Shown here in pieces: positions 1 through 11,930 of a stretch of 64,000 nt of DNA. The DNA lies in NCBI RefSeq assembly GCF_038025025.1, contig NW_027117346.1, forward strand, positions 434,001 through 498,000, in the 5' to 3' direction. A program made the translations under genes and the position numbers. The notes under the pieces are model-generated. The model ran no database searches, was not told where the DNA came from, and worked only from the letters and a program-made list of their open reading frames with translations. The stretch comes from Phyllosticta citribraziliensis (lineage: Eukaryota). How positions within the stretch are numbered: the first letter of the stretch is position 1; each line of letters opens with the position of its first letter.

Positions 1-584
1 AGCTTGCAGAGAACTTTTCAACCGAATTCACCGACCTCCCTCTGAGCCCGGTGGCTTCGTTCAAGGATAGCTCATGCTTTGAGAATGGCTCGGCCGAAAC
101 GAAGCCTAATCCTTTTGGCGGGTTTAGCTTCGTCGCCAGCTCAAGTCTGCTCGAGACTGGTGGATGGGCATTTTGACTATTCGAATCATTTATGGACATG
201 TTCTTGGAGACGATGGGCGGCCGCGAGGTTGGGCTGGTGGGAAAGTGGAGATTCGGCATTTTTCCGTCCAACGGACATTTTCGGTTCCTGTCCATAGAGG
301 CGTTAGAATGCACCTTTGTCGATATTCGTTCCTTTGAATCCAAGTGCTCAGCTCGAAGACATGCCAAAAAGGCATTTGAGGCTGAATCCGATCCGCCCTG
401 GCACTTAGTGAGCCGGAAAAGTTTCGGCTAAATTACAGGGCACGTCTCGTCTGCGCGCGCCATCGCGACGGGAACCATTACTCGTCAACCGCGCAGCTGT
501 ACAAGCTTCAAATTTGACATCTTTGCCATTCTTCTTCATCCACCAGCCCGTTCCGACCTTTGCTTCCGCCGTCCAGCAATTCAA

Positions 585-1878
585 ATGTCTTCTGGCTCGC
601 CATCGGGCAATCGAAGCCCAGGGCGGGGCCGGTCCCGCACCCGTTCGGCATCGCCAGCCCATTCACGCTCGCCGCGCCGCTCCGTGTCACCTCGCTCAGT
701 GTCGCGTTCTCGTTCAAGGACTCCGAGTCGCTCCCCTACACCGCGCAGCGACCGCCACAGCAGGCGCAATGGTCGGGGCAGGAGCTTCAGCAGGACTCCT
801 TCAAGAAGCGTCACACCGGACCGCAGCTCGAGGCGCAACAGGAGACGAAGCTACAGTCGCAGTGTCAGTCGTGGGAGTGCAACACCACCGAGGAGCTCAA
901 AGGTAAGTCGCAATTCTCGCGCGATGGCTTATGTGGGTCATGGAGGTGCTGGTCGAATTCTAACGCGGCGCAGATTGTGGTCGAGAAACTCACCAAGAAC
1001 GTCAACGAAGAGCACTTGCGCGAGATATTCAGCAAGTATGGGCACATTCAAGACTTGGACATGCCCATCAACCGCTCATGTATGACAACCTCCATCTTTT
1101 GAAAGCCTATACTGACTTCTGGGTAGTCATGACCAATCGGGGCACAGCCTACATCATGTTTGACACCACAGAGTCGGCCGAATCTGCCATTGCCCACATG
1201 CACGAAGCCCAACTCGATGGCGCCTTGATCAACGTCTCGATCGTCTTGCCTAGACGTCGCTTTTCACGCTCGCCTCCGCCCTCGCGCCGACCGCCTCCTC
1301 CCCCAATGTTCAACGACCGGCCGCAAGACCGCTACAATGACCGTTTCAACGACCACCCGCGCAACTACGGTCCTCCGCCTCATCGCGGTGGCTGGCGCGG
1401 AGGCCCACCGCCCCCTTCATATCCATCCAACTCACGCTTTCGCTCCCCACCGCCCTATCGCCGAGCGCGCTCCCCATTGCCCCCACCATCGCGGGGCTAC
1501 GGCGGCCCATCAGGTCCGCGCGGCAGAGGAGGCGGCGTTGGTGGTCCTCATGGCGAGTACAGCTACCGTCCACGCTCGTACTCGCGTTCGCGGTCTCGTA
1601 CGCGCTCGCCGCGCCGCAGCCGCAGTCGCACCCGGAGCTATTCGTCGCGTTCGCCTTCGCGCACACCGCCCACGTCGGCTAGGAGAGGCCGCGGTGGTGG
1701 TGTTGGTGGTGGTGGCGGAGGCAGCTTTAGGGGAAGCCCCGGTCCTGGCTATCCGCCACCTTCGAGGGGCAGCGGCGGCGGTGGAAGTGCGAGGAGGCGT
1801 CGTAGCCCGAGTTACAGCAGCTACAGCAGCTACAGCAGGAGCAGGAGCAGGAGCCCGAGAGGACGAGGGAGAAGGTAG
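585..1878 (+). CDS. RNPS1: RNPS1-like SR-rich RRM splicing / exon-junction-complex protein (exons 585-902, 974-1079, 1127-1878)
   Basis: RS-rich N-terminus, RRM (IVVEKLTKNVNEEHLREIFSKYG...NRGTAYIMF...MHEAQLDGALINVSIV) and RS/RGG/Pro-rich tail. Introns GTAAGT 903..CAG 973 and GTATGA 1080..TAG 1126 join three ORFs in frame. Confidence 0.85.
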
Positions 1879-3509
1879 ATAAATCATGGAGGGGACTGGC
1901 GAAGATCACTTACGAGGTGACCCACGGCGGCATGCGCAGCCTTTGAGCAAATCGACGCGCAAGAGGCTGCGAGTGAGCGAAGAAGCAGCCTTCGCTGGCA
2001 TACCAGCGACTCCTCCGAGCGGCTGACGGAAGCGGAACAGTTGCGTTGCAACATCACCGCAATGTCCCGGGCTATTAGGGAAGACAAGTAGTCTTGGACT
2101 CAAAACAAAAGGGAAAGGGCAAAAGGGCACTGTAGAAAAGCTGGTAGAGCGACTGAGACAAAAAATAATGCAAGCAAAAGAATTCATCGTCTTGGATCGG
2201 ACAAGGTGTATACGGCGCTCTCTACATGCACTCGACTAGCTGACTGCGTATTGGCTAGGTACACTATGTATTTTACCCGCATTTCCTGGATTAAAACAGC
2301 GCCTGTCCCCACGAGCGGAAGTGCGAGTTAGTTCCGCCATCCTCGCGGCAGAACGGCCAGAGACACCGCAGGTTCCGGAACTTCAGGTCCGATTCGTCTT
2401 GCCATGCCAGAGAGTGGAGGGCTCCCATCATTGCTGAGGAAGCGTTTGTTCTGGGAGGCGGGAGGCACCAATCATCCACGTACATGCCCAGGGCGCAGTC
2501 GATGATGGGGAAGTTGCCTGTGTCCATCAGGTACATCTTGTCCCAATTCCAAAAAGAGCTGGTGTCTGGAAACTACATGCAAGGTACCGCCGTGGGTGTT
2601 GAAGAAGCGATGCTCTTGGGTCCCGCGGCGACGTTGAGGGAGCATTCCTTCACTGCGGTAGTTGCACGTAAAGGGCTGTCGTTCGCTAACTGCTACAGTG
2701 GCATAAAAGATGTTTTCCGGAGGCGTACAACATCTACATGTGCGTTGAGTCTCACAGTACGCAGAAATGCGAAGCTCACAAGGGACAGACAATCTTGCGG
2801 GAGTGAAGGAAAAGGAGAAAGGTGCGAGCTTCTTGTCGTTCCCAGCTTCTTGCATGTATTTTTCAAACCTAGTTGGGAAGTAACTTGGTTTAAATAAGAT
2901 CAGAACGGTGCTATGGTAGCGTTTAGGGAGCATTCATCTACGACTACAGATGAAGCCAGGGAGCAGTCGTCCGCTACTGCACCTCAGTCGCGCAGTCAGT
3001 TCTACCCAAAGAGTCAGCTTTACTCACAATCGACGAAGCACTTCAGCTGGCCTATTCCCAAGTCTTTGATTTTTGTGTCGTCTTTGTCCTATTCTGTATA
3101 CTCACGCCTGGAGACGCATCCTTGCCGCAATGATTCCCTTTTTGTCCACCGCTTGTGCTTTAATCTGCTTGATGGCGTGAGACCATCGTAAGCGCACTCA
3201 TGCCCTGACCACTTTTCCCATGCCTGTTTTTCCTTCCCACCACTGCAGTCAATAGCCACATCGATCTCAATCTTCCAAAGTGATAACCTTTGCCCGTGAC
3301 CATCCTCATGGTCTGCATGTTTTCCAGTCGATACCGTGATTCCGCAATCGTGATGATGAGATCCACGTCTTGACTGCCTGTCCTGTCCATGAATTCTGTA
3401 GTGCTGGGCCATGATGTCTCCGCCGGGTGCGCCCTGTTCCCGGATGTCCGCAACCTTGCCAGATCTGTGTGACAACGCTATGGCGCACCGACCATGCGTC
3501 TTTTTCTTT

Positions 3510-4593
3510 TCACTTGTTGCCAAACAACAAGGGCGCTACTCGTCTCAACTTCTCCCATTGTGCGATCTGAATTTCTCTGGGTATCCTGGACTCCATCTCT
3601 GCACTGGCTGGTAGCGGCAATGGTAGCGGCGGGCCTGAAGTCGCGCACAATGCATCTAGCAACTTCTTGTGATATGCGATCCTCTTTTCCTCCAGCTTTG
3701 CCATGTCTGGTCGCGGTCTTGGTGGCGGCGAGGCTGGCGGCGTCTTCCTCAATGGCGTCTCTTGTGGTTTGTCTTCTGGCAGTGGGAGAGGCTGTGGGGC
3801 TGGCATGTCTTGTCGCGGCTTCATCAGCCTTCTGTCGGCCGGAGGACCGGGCCGGAAAGCCTCACTAAAGTCCAGCTTGGGCAATTCAAGGTCGAAGATG
3901 AAAGAAATCCATGCCCTCGTTTCCCAGTGACACCTCTTTCCTGGCCCACGCACACTGCACTCCATGTCAACCTCGTGCAGGAGTTCGACGGGCACAATCT
4001 TGTCGATCCCGAGGCTCAGAAAGGCTGCCAGGTCCTCGAAGTCGTCGTCTGTGACCATGGCGGGGTAGCTTTCCCATCTGTCCAGAACGCCTTCCAGTCG
4101 CTCGCTGTCTACTCGCTTGAAGTCGGAGTGTGGAAAGAGATTGTTGTGCATTTCCTGGCACGCCATGTAAAACCTGGTTGGACCGTTCTTCCAGTCGTCG
4201 TCGGCGAAGCCAGTATCAAGCACGTAGTTATCCAAGATGGTGCGGAATGGGATTTTGGCCCCCTCGTGGTTGATGATCTTGTTTGTGTATTTGCGAGGAT
4301 GACCCTCGAAGTGGTGCCAGGCAGGCTTGGTCGGATCGCCGCCTTCGAGACCGATGCGGATCCAATTCGGATTGCCGGGTACTGTCACGACGAGGCTGTC
4401 TTTCCAGTCATGCTTCTTCTTTTTCTCCTCCAGCCGGGCGATCTTGGCCTGGAGCTCGCCGACCTCTTGCTTGATTTGAGCCAGCTCCTCCTGCTCGGCT
4501 TCGGAAGCCTCCTCTTGCTTGATCGGCTGTTGCTCCTGGTCAGGTGTTAGATGAGCTTTGAGAGAAAGTGAGTGTCCTGAATCTTACAGGCAT
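3510..4593 (-). CDS. Orphan hypothetical protein, ~343 aa, with a short N-terminal coiled coil (6-nt first exon 4593-4588; exon 2 4535-3510)
   Basis: The ORF 3510..4388 stays open upstream (EQQPIKQEEASEAEQEELAQIKQEVGELQAKIARLEEKKKKHDW). ATG CCT is followed by a GTAAG donor at 4587, a CTAAC branch site and a CAG acceptor at 4536. No recognisable domain. Confidence 0.6.
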
Positions 4594-5254
4594 GATCTGT
4601 TGACGGGATGGGCAAGCTTGTGACGGTGAGGTCTTGTGTTGGTGTTGGTTATGGAAGAGTGTCTATCGCCGCAGTAGAAGAGACGTGCCTCAGTGCCGGC
4701 AGATGATCTGGACAAAGGTGCTTGGGTGAGGTTGGACGGATGGCGATGTGGCCGTGTCTAGGACTTAGAGAGAGGCGGTGGGTAGAGGTAGACAAGCCGG
4801 GTGGTGGGTGGTCAATGGCGAGGGAAGAGACTCTGAGCCTTGGAGAGGGACGTTGTGAAGTGTCAGGTTGAAGAAGATGAAAGGTGGTGGAGGAGCGAAA
4901 GAGGTTTTGAGGTTTTGAAAAGTTGTCCGGGTGCGCCGTTCACTTTCACGCTGGCACAGTGGATGAAGAAAGAAATGAGACACCCTAGGTCTAACTGCGG
5001 CAGCACATGAATGCTCCTTAAGCGCGACTGTAGCAGCAGATGAATGCTCCCCAAGTGCACTCATATTGCCAGGAGGTCTGTCGCATTTCTTTCAACACCC
5101 ACTGTGCTGGTGAAAGCTGCACACTCTCATCGTGAATGGGAAAACACAACACTGTTCCTAACATCTACCGCCATTTCAAAGTTGTTCCAGAACTGCATGC
5201 CGACCACGGCCTCATTGTTTCAATCTCAGCTCTTCAAAGTCGTGTACAACGTTT

Positions 5255-5720
5255 CAGCTATCCTGAGTAGCTTTGCAGCTCCACTGGTCTACTGTAGACA
5301 TCTCAGCTCAAAAGAAGCATGCCTGGCCTGAAGCAGTGGGTACTTGTTTTCGAGCGCGTTAGCAAAGCAATGTCAGCGCACAGGGAGCAGTCGTCGTCTG
5401 CTACTACAGTCGCGCGCAAGGGAGCTCCTCAGCTTTTCAACTGCCATGTAAGCATTTTCGAATGTGCTAGATGTTCGTTCGTTTCAGTCGAAGCTGCAGC
5501 TATCCTGGCTTTCCAGCTCTTCAGTCCACGGTAGACATCTCAGTGCAGACGATGAGTGGCCTGAAGCAGCTGGCGATGTTGAGCCGTTGACAAGACAGCG
5601 TCAGCGGCGCAGAGGGAGCAGTCGTCTGCGAGCCACCCACCACCCACTGTAGTCGCGCACAAGGGGGGCTGTCTGTCATCAGCCACAACTACTGACTGGA
5701 GCTACTGCAGCTCTTCCACT
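5255..5720 (+). repeat. Degenerate ~240-bp tandem duplication
   Basis: Colinear shared blocks: CAGCTATCCTG at 5255/5497, GTAGACATCTCAG 5294/5531, GGCCTGAAGCAG 5325/5558, AGGGAGCAGTCGTC 5382/5613, AGTCGCGC 5408/5651. Confidence 0.8.
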
Positions 5721-7011
5721 ACGCACCGCGCCACCTCAGCAAACATCCATCGTCAAACAGCACACGTACTGCACTGTACCTAGGCCAGGATCAATAGCAG
5801 GGCACGGCAAGTTCACTTGTGAGAGGCAAACAACAAGCCCAAGTCCTCGCCGCTTTACCGCCACCACCACTAGCTCCCTCATGTCTCCGACTCGACACTC
5901 ACTCTCCCTCTCGCTCCCTGCCTGCACGCACGCAACAGCGACAAGGCACAGACAGAACAGACCACCAACCTGCCTGAGTACGGGAACCCAGTGTACCTCA
6001 CCGACCGCACAAACCCCTCACCACTCACCGAACCGACCATCCCTCCCTCCACCCATCAATCCAGGTAGGTATCCCCAAACGTGCGAGATGCGATGCGCGC
6101 AAAGTGCGGCGGCCCCATCCCTGCCACCCCACCCCACCACAACCCACTACCGCACGCACTAACCCCCAAACAGCCTAACCCCCCAACCCACCCACAGACA
6201 AGGATCGCAGCCAGAACAAGGCAAGGTGGGTAGGGCTGGCTGGCTGGTGGCGGGCGGGCGGCAACCGGACAGGGCAGGGATGCAGCCGCCGCACAAAACG
6301 CGCATCACCAATTCAGCCGCTTTGTTGGTGACTCTCTGCGTGCGCCGTTTGTGCGGACGCTTCTTCCTTGATTTCGTTTGGCTTTTGGGGTCGAAGGTTC
6401 GAGGTGGGTGGGCAAGATAGGTAATGAGCGAGGGGTGCGTGGGTGCGATCGATCCGCGGGCCTTGTCGCGACAATTGTGCGGACGGGCGCGGCGGGCTGT
6501 TTGGTGTGGGTGACGAGGGACGTGGCGAGCAGCAGGCAGGCCATGTGAAGGCATGGCGCAGTTTCGCTGAGGTGTGGGCGGGAGACGAAAGCATTCACAG
6601 AGGCATTCATCGCACATAGCAGATGGGAAAGTTCAGGTAGAGACAGTACTTGATATCCATGGTCGAATTCTACCTCGAAGATGGCCCCGTTCAATCCATC
6701 CATCCATCCACCAACCCATATATTCCTGAAACCCAAAGCCGAGTCAAGCTCTCGCCAGGCACGAGGAAAGACAAGAGGAGAGAGAAATGAGTAGGAAAAA
6801 GAAAAGAGGAGCAACTACTGGTATCCATCATAACAATACAAAAGCCTAGCCAAAGTAGGCTGTTCAGAAGGTGAAAAGGAAAACCGAAAATCAAGAAAAT
6901 TCATCCGTCGTCGTCGTCAATCCGTGTTGAGCCTTTGTAAATCTCAATCTTCCTCCACCATCCTGGGTATCAACCGTGTAGCGTTTGTGGCCGGCTCGTG
7001 GTGGAACCGAT

Positions 7012-8243
7012 TTAGGAGGCAGGGGCCTCATTCTTGCCGCACTCGGCGCAGGCACATTGGCCGGCGGCACATGGGCACTCGGAAGAGTTGGCGCCGCAGT
7101 TGCACTTGGTCTTGTTGGTGCCGGGGACGTGCTCGAATCCGGACACGTCGCTGTTCTTTGCGCAGGACTCGCAAGCGCAGGCACCGGCGTCGCAGCCGCA
7201 CTTGGAAAGGGTGGCGCCGCAGTTGCACTTGGTCTTGTTGGTGCCGGGGACCGACTCAACGCCAGAGACGTCGCTGTTCTTGGGGCACGAGCCGCAAGCA
7301 CACTTGCCGGGAGCGCAGCCGCAGGCTTCGGTGGAGCCGCTGCAGTTGCAAGTCGTCTTCTCGGTGCCGGGGACTTGGTGGATGCCCGACACCTCTGGGT
7401 TCTTTGCGCACGAGTTGCAGGCGCACTTGCCAGGGGCGCAAGGGCAGGTGGTGAGGTTGGCACCGCAGTCGCACTTGGTCCTGTCGGTGCCGGGGATGGT
7501 CTCCATGTTCATGTTCATGTTGCCGGGGGAAGAGGGTTTCTTGAGGTTGGCGAGGTGGCGAGCTTCGTTGTGGACGTCGATGACTTGCTTGCTGCCTTGT
7601 TCGTAGAATTGGCGGAGCTTTTGGCCAGTGGGTGTGCCGAGGGCTTTGTCGAAGTAGGAGTTGAGGCTGCGCCAGCCAGCGTTGGCCTTCTCGGTGACTT
7701 TATACTTGGTGTCAATAGTTTGGGCCCGTTCACTAGCTTTGAACTTGGTGTCGAAATTGGTTAGAGCCGAGGTGAAGCGGGAGGATAACCCTTGCTTGTG
7801 GTCTAGCTCGAGGGCCCTTTCGATCGCCCTGTCGCTGATGACGTATCCGTGGGCCAAGTACTCGGCAATGATGCGGGCACGCGGCTTGTCCTCTTGCTCG
7901 ATAGGGTCTTCTTTGGGGAACTCTTCGCCGGCCTTGCCACCAGCAATGTCGTCGAGGCTCTTGGACGACGAGACCTTGACCTGGGCGGGACCGAGCTGGG
8001 TGTTGTCGAGGAGCAGGGCAGTCTTGGCAGCCGTCTCCTTCTCAAAGGTAACGGTCGCAGATTGAGTGCCGTCGGCGGTAGGCGTGACGGAGAGGTGCGA
8101 GATCTTGCCGCTTTTAGGCAGGGTTAGAGCTTGTTTGGGTGGAGGAGGGGAAGGGCGGGCAATGCGTACCAGAAGCTGAAGAAGTCGCGGATCTCCTTTT
8201 CGCTCGTCTGAGCGGAGATGTGTTCAACGTGAACCGAAGTCAT
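7012..8243 (-). CDS. vip1: Vip1-family RRM protein with four C-terminal 7-Cys metallothionein-like repeats (exons 8243-8170, 8110-7012)
   Basis: MTSVHVEHISAQTSEKEIRDFFSFCGKI...ATVTFEKETAAKTALLLDNTQLG...EQEDKPRARIIAEYLAHGYVISD...DVHNEARHLANLK is the Vip1 signature. Intron GTACGC 8169..AAG 8111 with a CTAAC branch site. Confidence 0.85.
7039..7494 (-). repeat. Four intragenic 123-bp (41-aa) tandem repeats, each CxC-x6-CxC-x4-CxC-x2-C
   Basis: The first Cys codon of each unit starts at 7473, 7350, 7227 and 7104, exactly 123 bp apart; 28 Cys in total. Confidence 0.95.
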
Positions 8244-9348
8244 GGCGAGATGCGGAATTTGTGCGGATTGTAGAGGGGTACCAAGGATTGCGGGTTGCGG
8301 GGTGACGGTTGCGTTGCGTTGGTTGAGTGGTAAAGGGCGAAGCGTGGACAGGTTTATGTAGGAGCTGGAGGCTGGTCGAGTGATGTAGGCAGGAAGCTCG
8401 GGGCACTGAGGGGCAACGGGGAGACCTACCTCAGCGAGACAGAACAATCCAGATTCGCTTGCGCCACACACTGCGTCATTGTCGCAGGCCACCACCAACG
8501 GCACCGTCCTGAGTGGCTGTGGTGGCATGCACGCGCCGGCAGTGGCCAGCTGCAGCAACCGCGTCCATTCTCACGCCTGCGAATTGTGTTGCCTGACGGA
8601 CCACATGTTTCTCATTGCGCGTCTCCTTGCTAGGTGCTTGTTTGCTTCCCGGTCGTACCCAACTCCCTGAACAAAAGGCTGCAGCGCCAACCCTCAACCA
8701 CCACCGCACCTCAAGGCAGCAGACATTTCAACCCGCCGTGACAGATGACAGGCTGCTGCTAAGTGTAGGACCTCGGAGCTCAAACGCTTGACCGTTAGCA
8801 GACGGCGCGCAGAGCCGACGTCGATGTGTGCCGGCGGAAACAGGATGCCAGGTTTCCGGGCGCGTCGTTTACGCCTGCCAGGATGTGCGTTTGGGACTCG
8901 CCGCTCAATCCACGATCCACGTCAATCCTGAAAATCATCAGCGCGGAATCATGTGTCGGCGCGCTGTGTCGCGTCGCTTGCAACCGTCGACGGCGAATTT
9001 TTATCCTCTCCTCGGTCCCCCGCTCTTGTGTTTTCCGGAGAAGCAATGCCATGTATCAGGGCCCCTTATCGCCCAGCTCGGGGACCCCTGGGCCCCTGGA
9101 CCCCCTGCAACCCCACCCCCATTCTCGTGTGCATTATCACTCAAGTCTCCCCACCTACGATAGGTGGAGGACAGGCCATGGCACAGCTTGGTAATGCCGA
9201 CCCAAAGCAGCAACCATGAAACTCATGGATTCAAATAAATCGCATCAAGATGCCGAGTCCCAAACCCCAACTTTGCATGTTGCAGCGTTAAGTTTTTGAA
9301 GTTTTTTTTGGTTTTTTTTTTTCACTCCAAGACCGACACATCCTCGAC

Positions 9349-10703
9349 ATGTTGCGCTTTCTTGGACTCTCTTCTGCGCCAGAAGATGTCAAGCCACAGC
9401 CTTCGCGCGGTCTTCCGGCCTCGTGGTATCGATCTCCAGAACTGCACCACCTCGAAAGAAGAGCCATCATTTCAAGAAAGTGGATACTAGTCACGCACTC
9501 GCTCAGGTTCAAGCAACCCGGCGACTACGCGTCGTTTGTATACGCCGACTTTCCATTCTTCCTGGTCCAAGACCGCCCAGGCAACATCAATGGCTTCCAC
9601 AATGTCTGTCGACACCGAGCATATCCTGTCGTGGAGACGCGGTCCGGCAAAGCCAGCATCCTCAGCTGCAAGTACCACGGCTGGTCCTACGGCTTCAAGG
9701 GCAATCTCGCCAAGGCGCCGCGATTCGACACGGTCAAGGGATTCGACAAGAGCCAGCATGGCCTGCTCCCCATCCACGTGCGCGTAGACCCGGCAGGCTT
9801 CATCTGGGTCAACCTTCAAGCGGGCGAGCCGGACGTCAAGTGGGAAGACGACTTTGGCGGCGTGTACGACAAGCCGCGGATGCAGAATTTCGACTTTGCG
9901 GGCGGCTATGTGTACGACCACGTGTGGGACATGGAGCTCGAGGCCAACTGGAAGGCAGTGATTGAGAATTACAATGAATGCTACCACTGTCCGACCTCCC
10001 ACCCCCTGATTGCGGGCGTGTCGGATCTGACAAAGTATAGAGTGCAGCCGAGCGGGGGCTGCCTGGAGCACGAAATCATCAACAAGGAGGAGCGGGGCGA
10101 GGACGATGCGTTTCGCCGGTCCATCACTTTCTTCTTCCCGTCGACCTCGGTCACCATCACGTCAGTCGGCTCGGCCATGTCTGGCCTCCCCCTGTTCAAA
10201 CGAGGACTGACATGAAAAAGTCAAAACTTCTTCTACATCCAGCGCATGATTCCCGTGGGCGCCACCAAGACCAGGATCGAAAACGAAGTGTATCGGTCCC
10301 ACGGGGCCACGGATGAGGAATTCGCAGCCATCAACGCTTTCTACAAGCAGGTGCTCGAGGAGGACAAGCAGCTGTGCATCGGGGCACAGGAGAATCTCAA
10401 CGCCGGCGTCTTCATCAACGGCGAAATGCATCCAGACACGGAAAAGGTGTGGTCGACCATGATTCCAACATGGAGACGTACTGACTGGTTGTTTGCAAGG
10501 GCCCAATACACTTCCAGAATGCCGTCCGAGAAGAAGTCATGAAGCATCGCGCAAAGGAATTGCAGCAAGGCGGCAGGGAAATCTGGCCAGCGACTCCCCA
10601 GTTGATTGGCGAAATGAAGACGGGCAAGCTGAGCGAAGAAGAGGCGTTTTGCTCAGAACTCGAGCGGGCGAGCTGCGCGTCACGGCAGGAGCTGGCGTGG
10701 TGA
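9349..10703 (+). CDS. Rieske [2Fe-2S] non-heme iron oxygenase alpha subunit, choline monooxygenase-like (exons 9349-10160, 10221-10446, 10500-10703)
   Basis: Rieske motif CRHR...CKYHGW and mononuclear-iron motif [13 protein letters not shown]...EED. Two introns restore the frame through to ...QELAW*. Confidence 0.9.
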
Positions 10704-11930
10704 GGAGCAGGACGAGGGGCGACGTTGGAAAAAGGTGCGCATGTTGGATCGGGGCGAAACACAAGCACACGTTCCTACAGTGCGCAACTCCGAGGCGAGG
10801 CACCGAGCCCTATTTTGATTAAACACGCCACGCGCAGCCGTGAGGAGTCGACTAGACTAGCGCGGGCATGTAGTAGACCGGGCTGGCGGCGGGAGGAGCG
10901 TAAAGGAATAGAAGCGGGTGCCACGGACGAAGCAGAGGCGACATGTTCCTTCGGGGCCAGGCTATGTCTCGAGTCGCACAGCAACAAGTGAGCGATTTTC
11001 TGGCAATATACAGACGGCAGCGGCTCAGCAGCGAGTGGGAGATGACACGAGAGAGCCGGTGCGACGGACGGGTCTAGAGTGAGAGGAGCGAGCGCGGCGG
11101 GAGCAGATACGAAGGGTCATGGGACGGCGAAGCGCAAGCAGCAAGCGTGTGTCAAGGTCGACGCCCGTCCTCATGTCGGCAGCGTCAACCGTGGGTGACA
11201 GGTCAGCGCGCAGGCAGTAGGCGGATAGCTTGGACCCTTGAAGTATAGTACGTGTAGTCTTGACCAAGTGGGCGCCATGGCGAGGATTCCTGTAACGACG
11301 TCCTGACCGGATCGGCGGCTCTGCCGTGCACAGACGAATTGGCCTATCACGCCGCGGCTGCCAAAAAGACGCACCGCAGCCGGGATGACGCTAGCGGCCG
11401 ATCACCTGGCAGCCGGGACCTGTTGACTCGCGCCGCGACGACGACGACCAGCAGCGAGAGAGCGTCGTCGGCGGACGAGTTGAGGAGCAGAGAGGATGCA
11501 GTCTGTCTGCGATCGCTAGCCGGCGCTGGCGATCGGATGCTGGCGGCGCCATCGCGTGGGCCGTGGCTCGGGACGATGCGCGGCGGGCTTTCGTGAATCT
11601 TCTGCCGATGCGAGTGGGTTGCCCAAGTGGGAAGCATCCCCCGCACAGACCACCCTCCCTCCCCGACCTGGAGCCCGGGCATGTGCGGTGGGCGCGCCGA
11701 AACAATAAAACCTTTGCCCGCACTACGCCAATATTTTTCTTCCCCTCCCACTCCCTCTGCTTTGCTCTCGGCGCCCACTCTCACGTCTGCTCGACTCGAT
11801 TGTGTGCTCGCTCGTCCGCAAGAAGAGGGCCCCTGTCAAGCGCTTCAATCCCAGCAACTCTGCCATCTCTTCACCAGCCACACCCCCGCGCCTTGACACT
11901 ATCGTAAGAGCAACAGGTTTTTGGAGAGAC

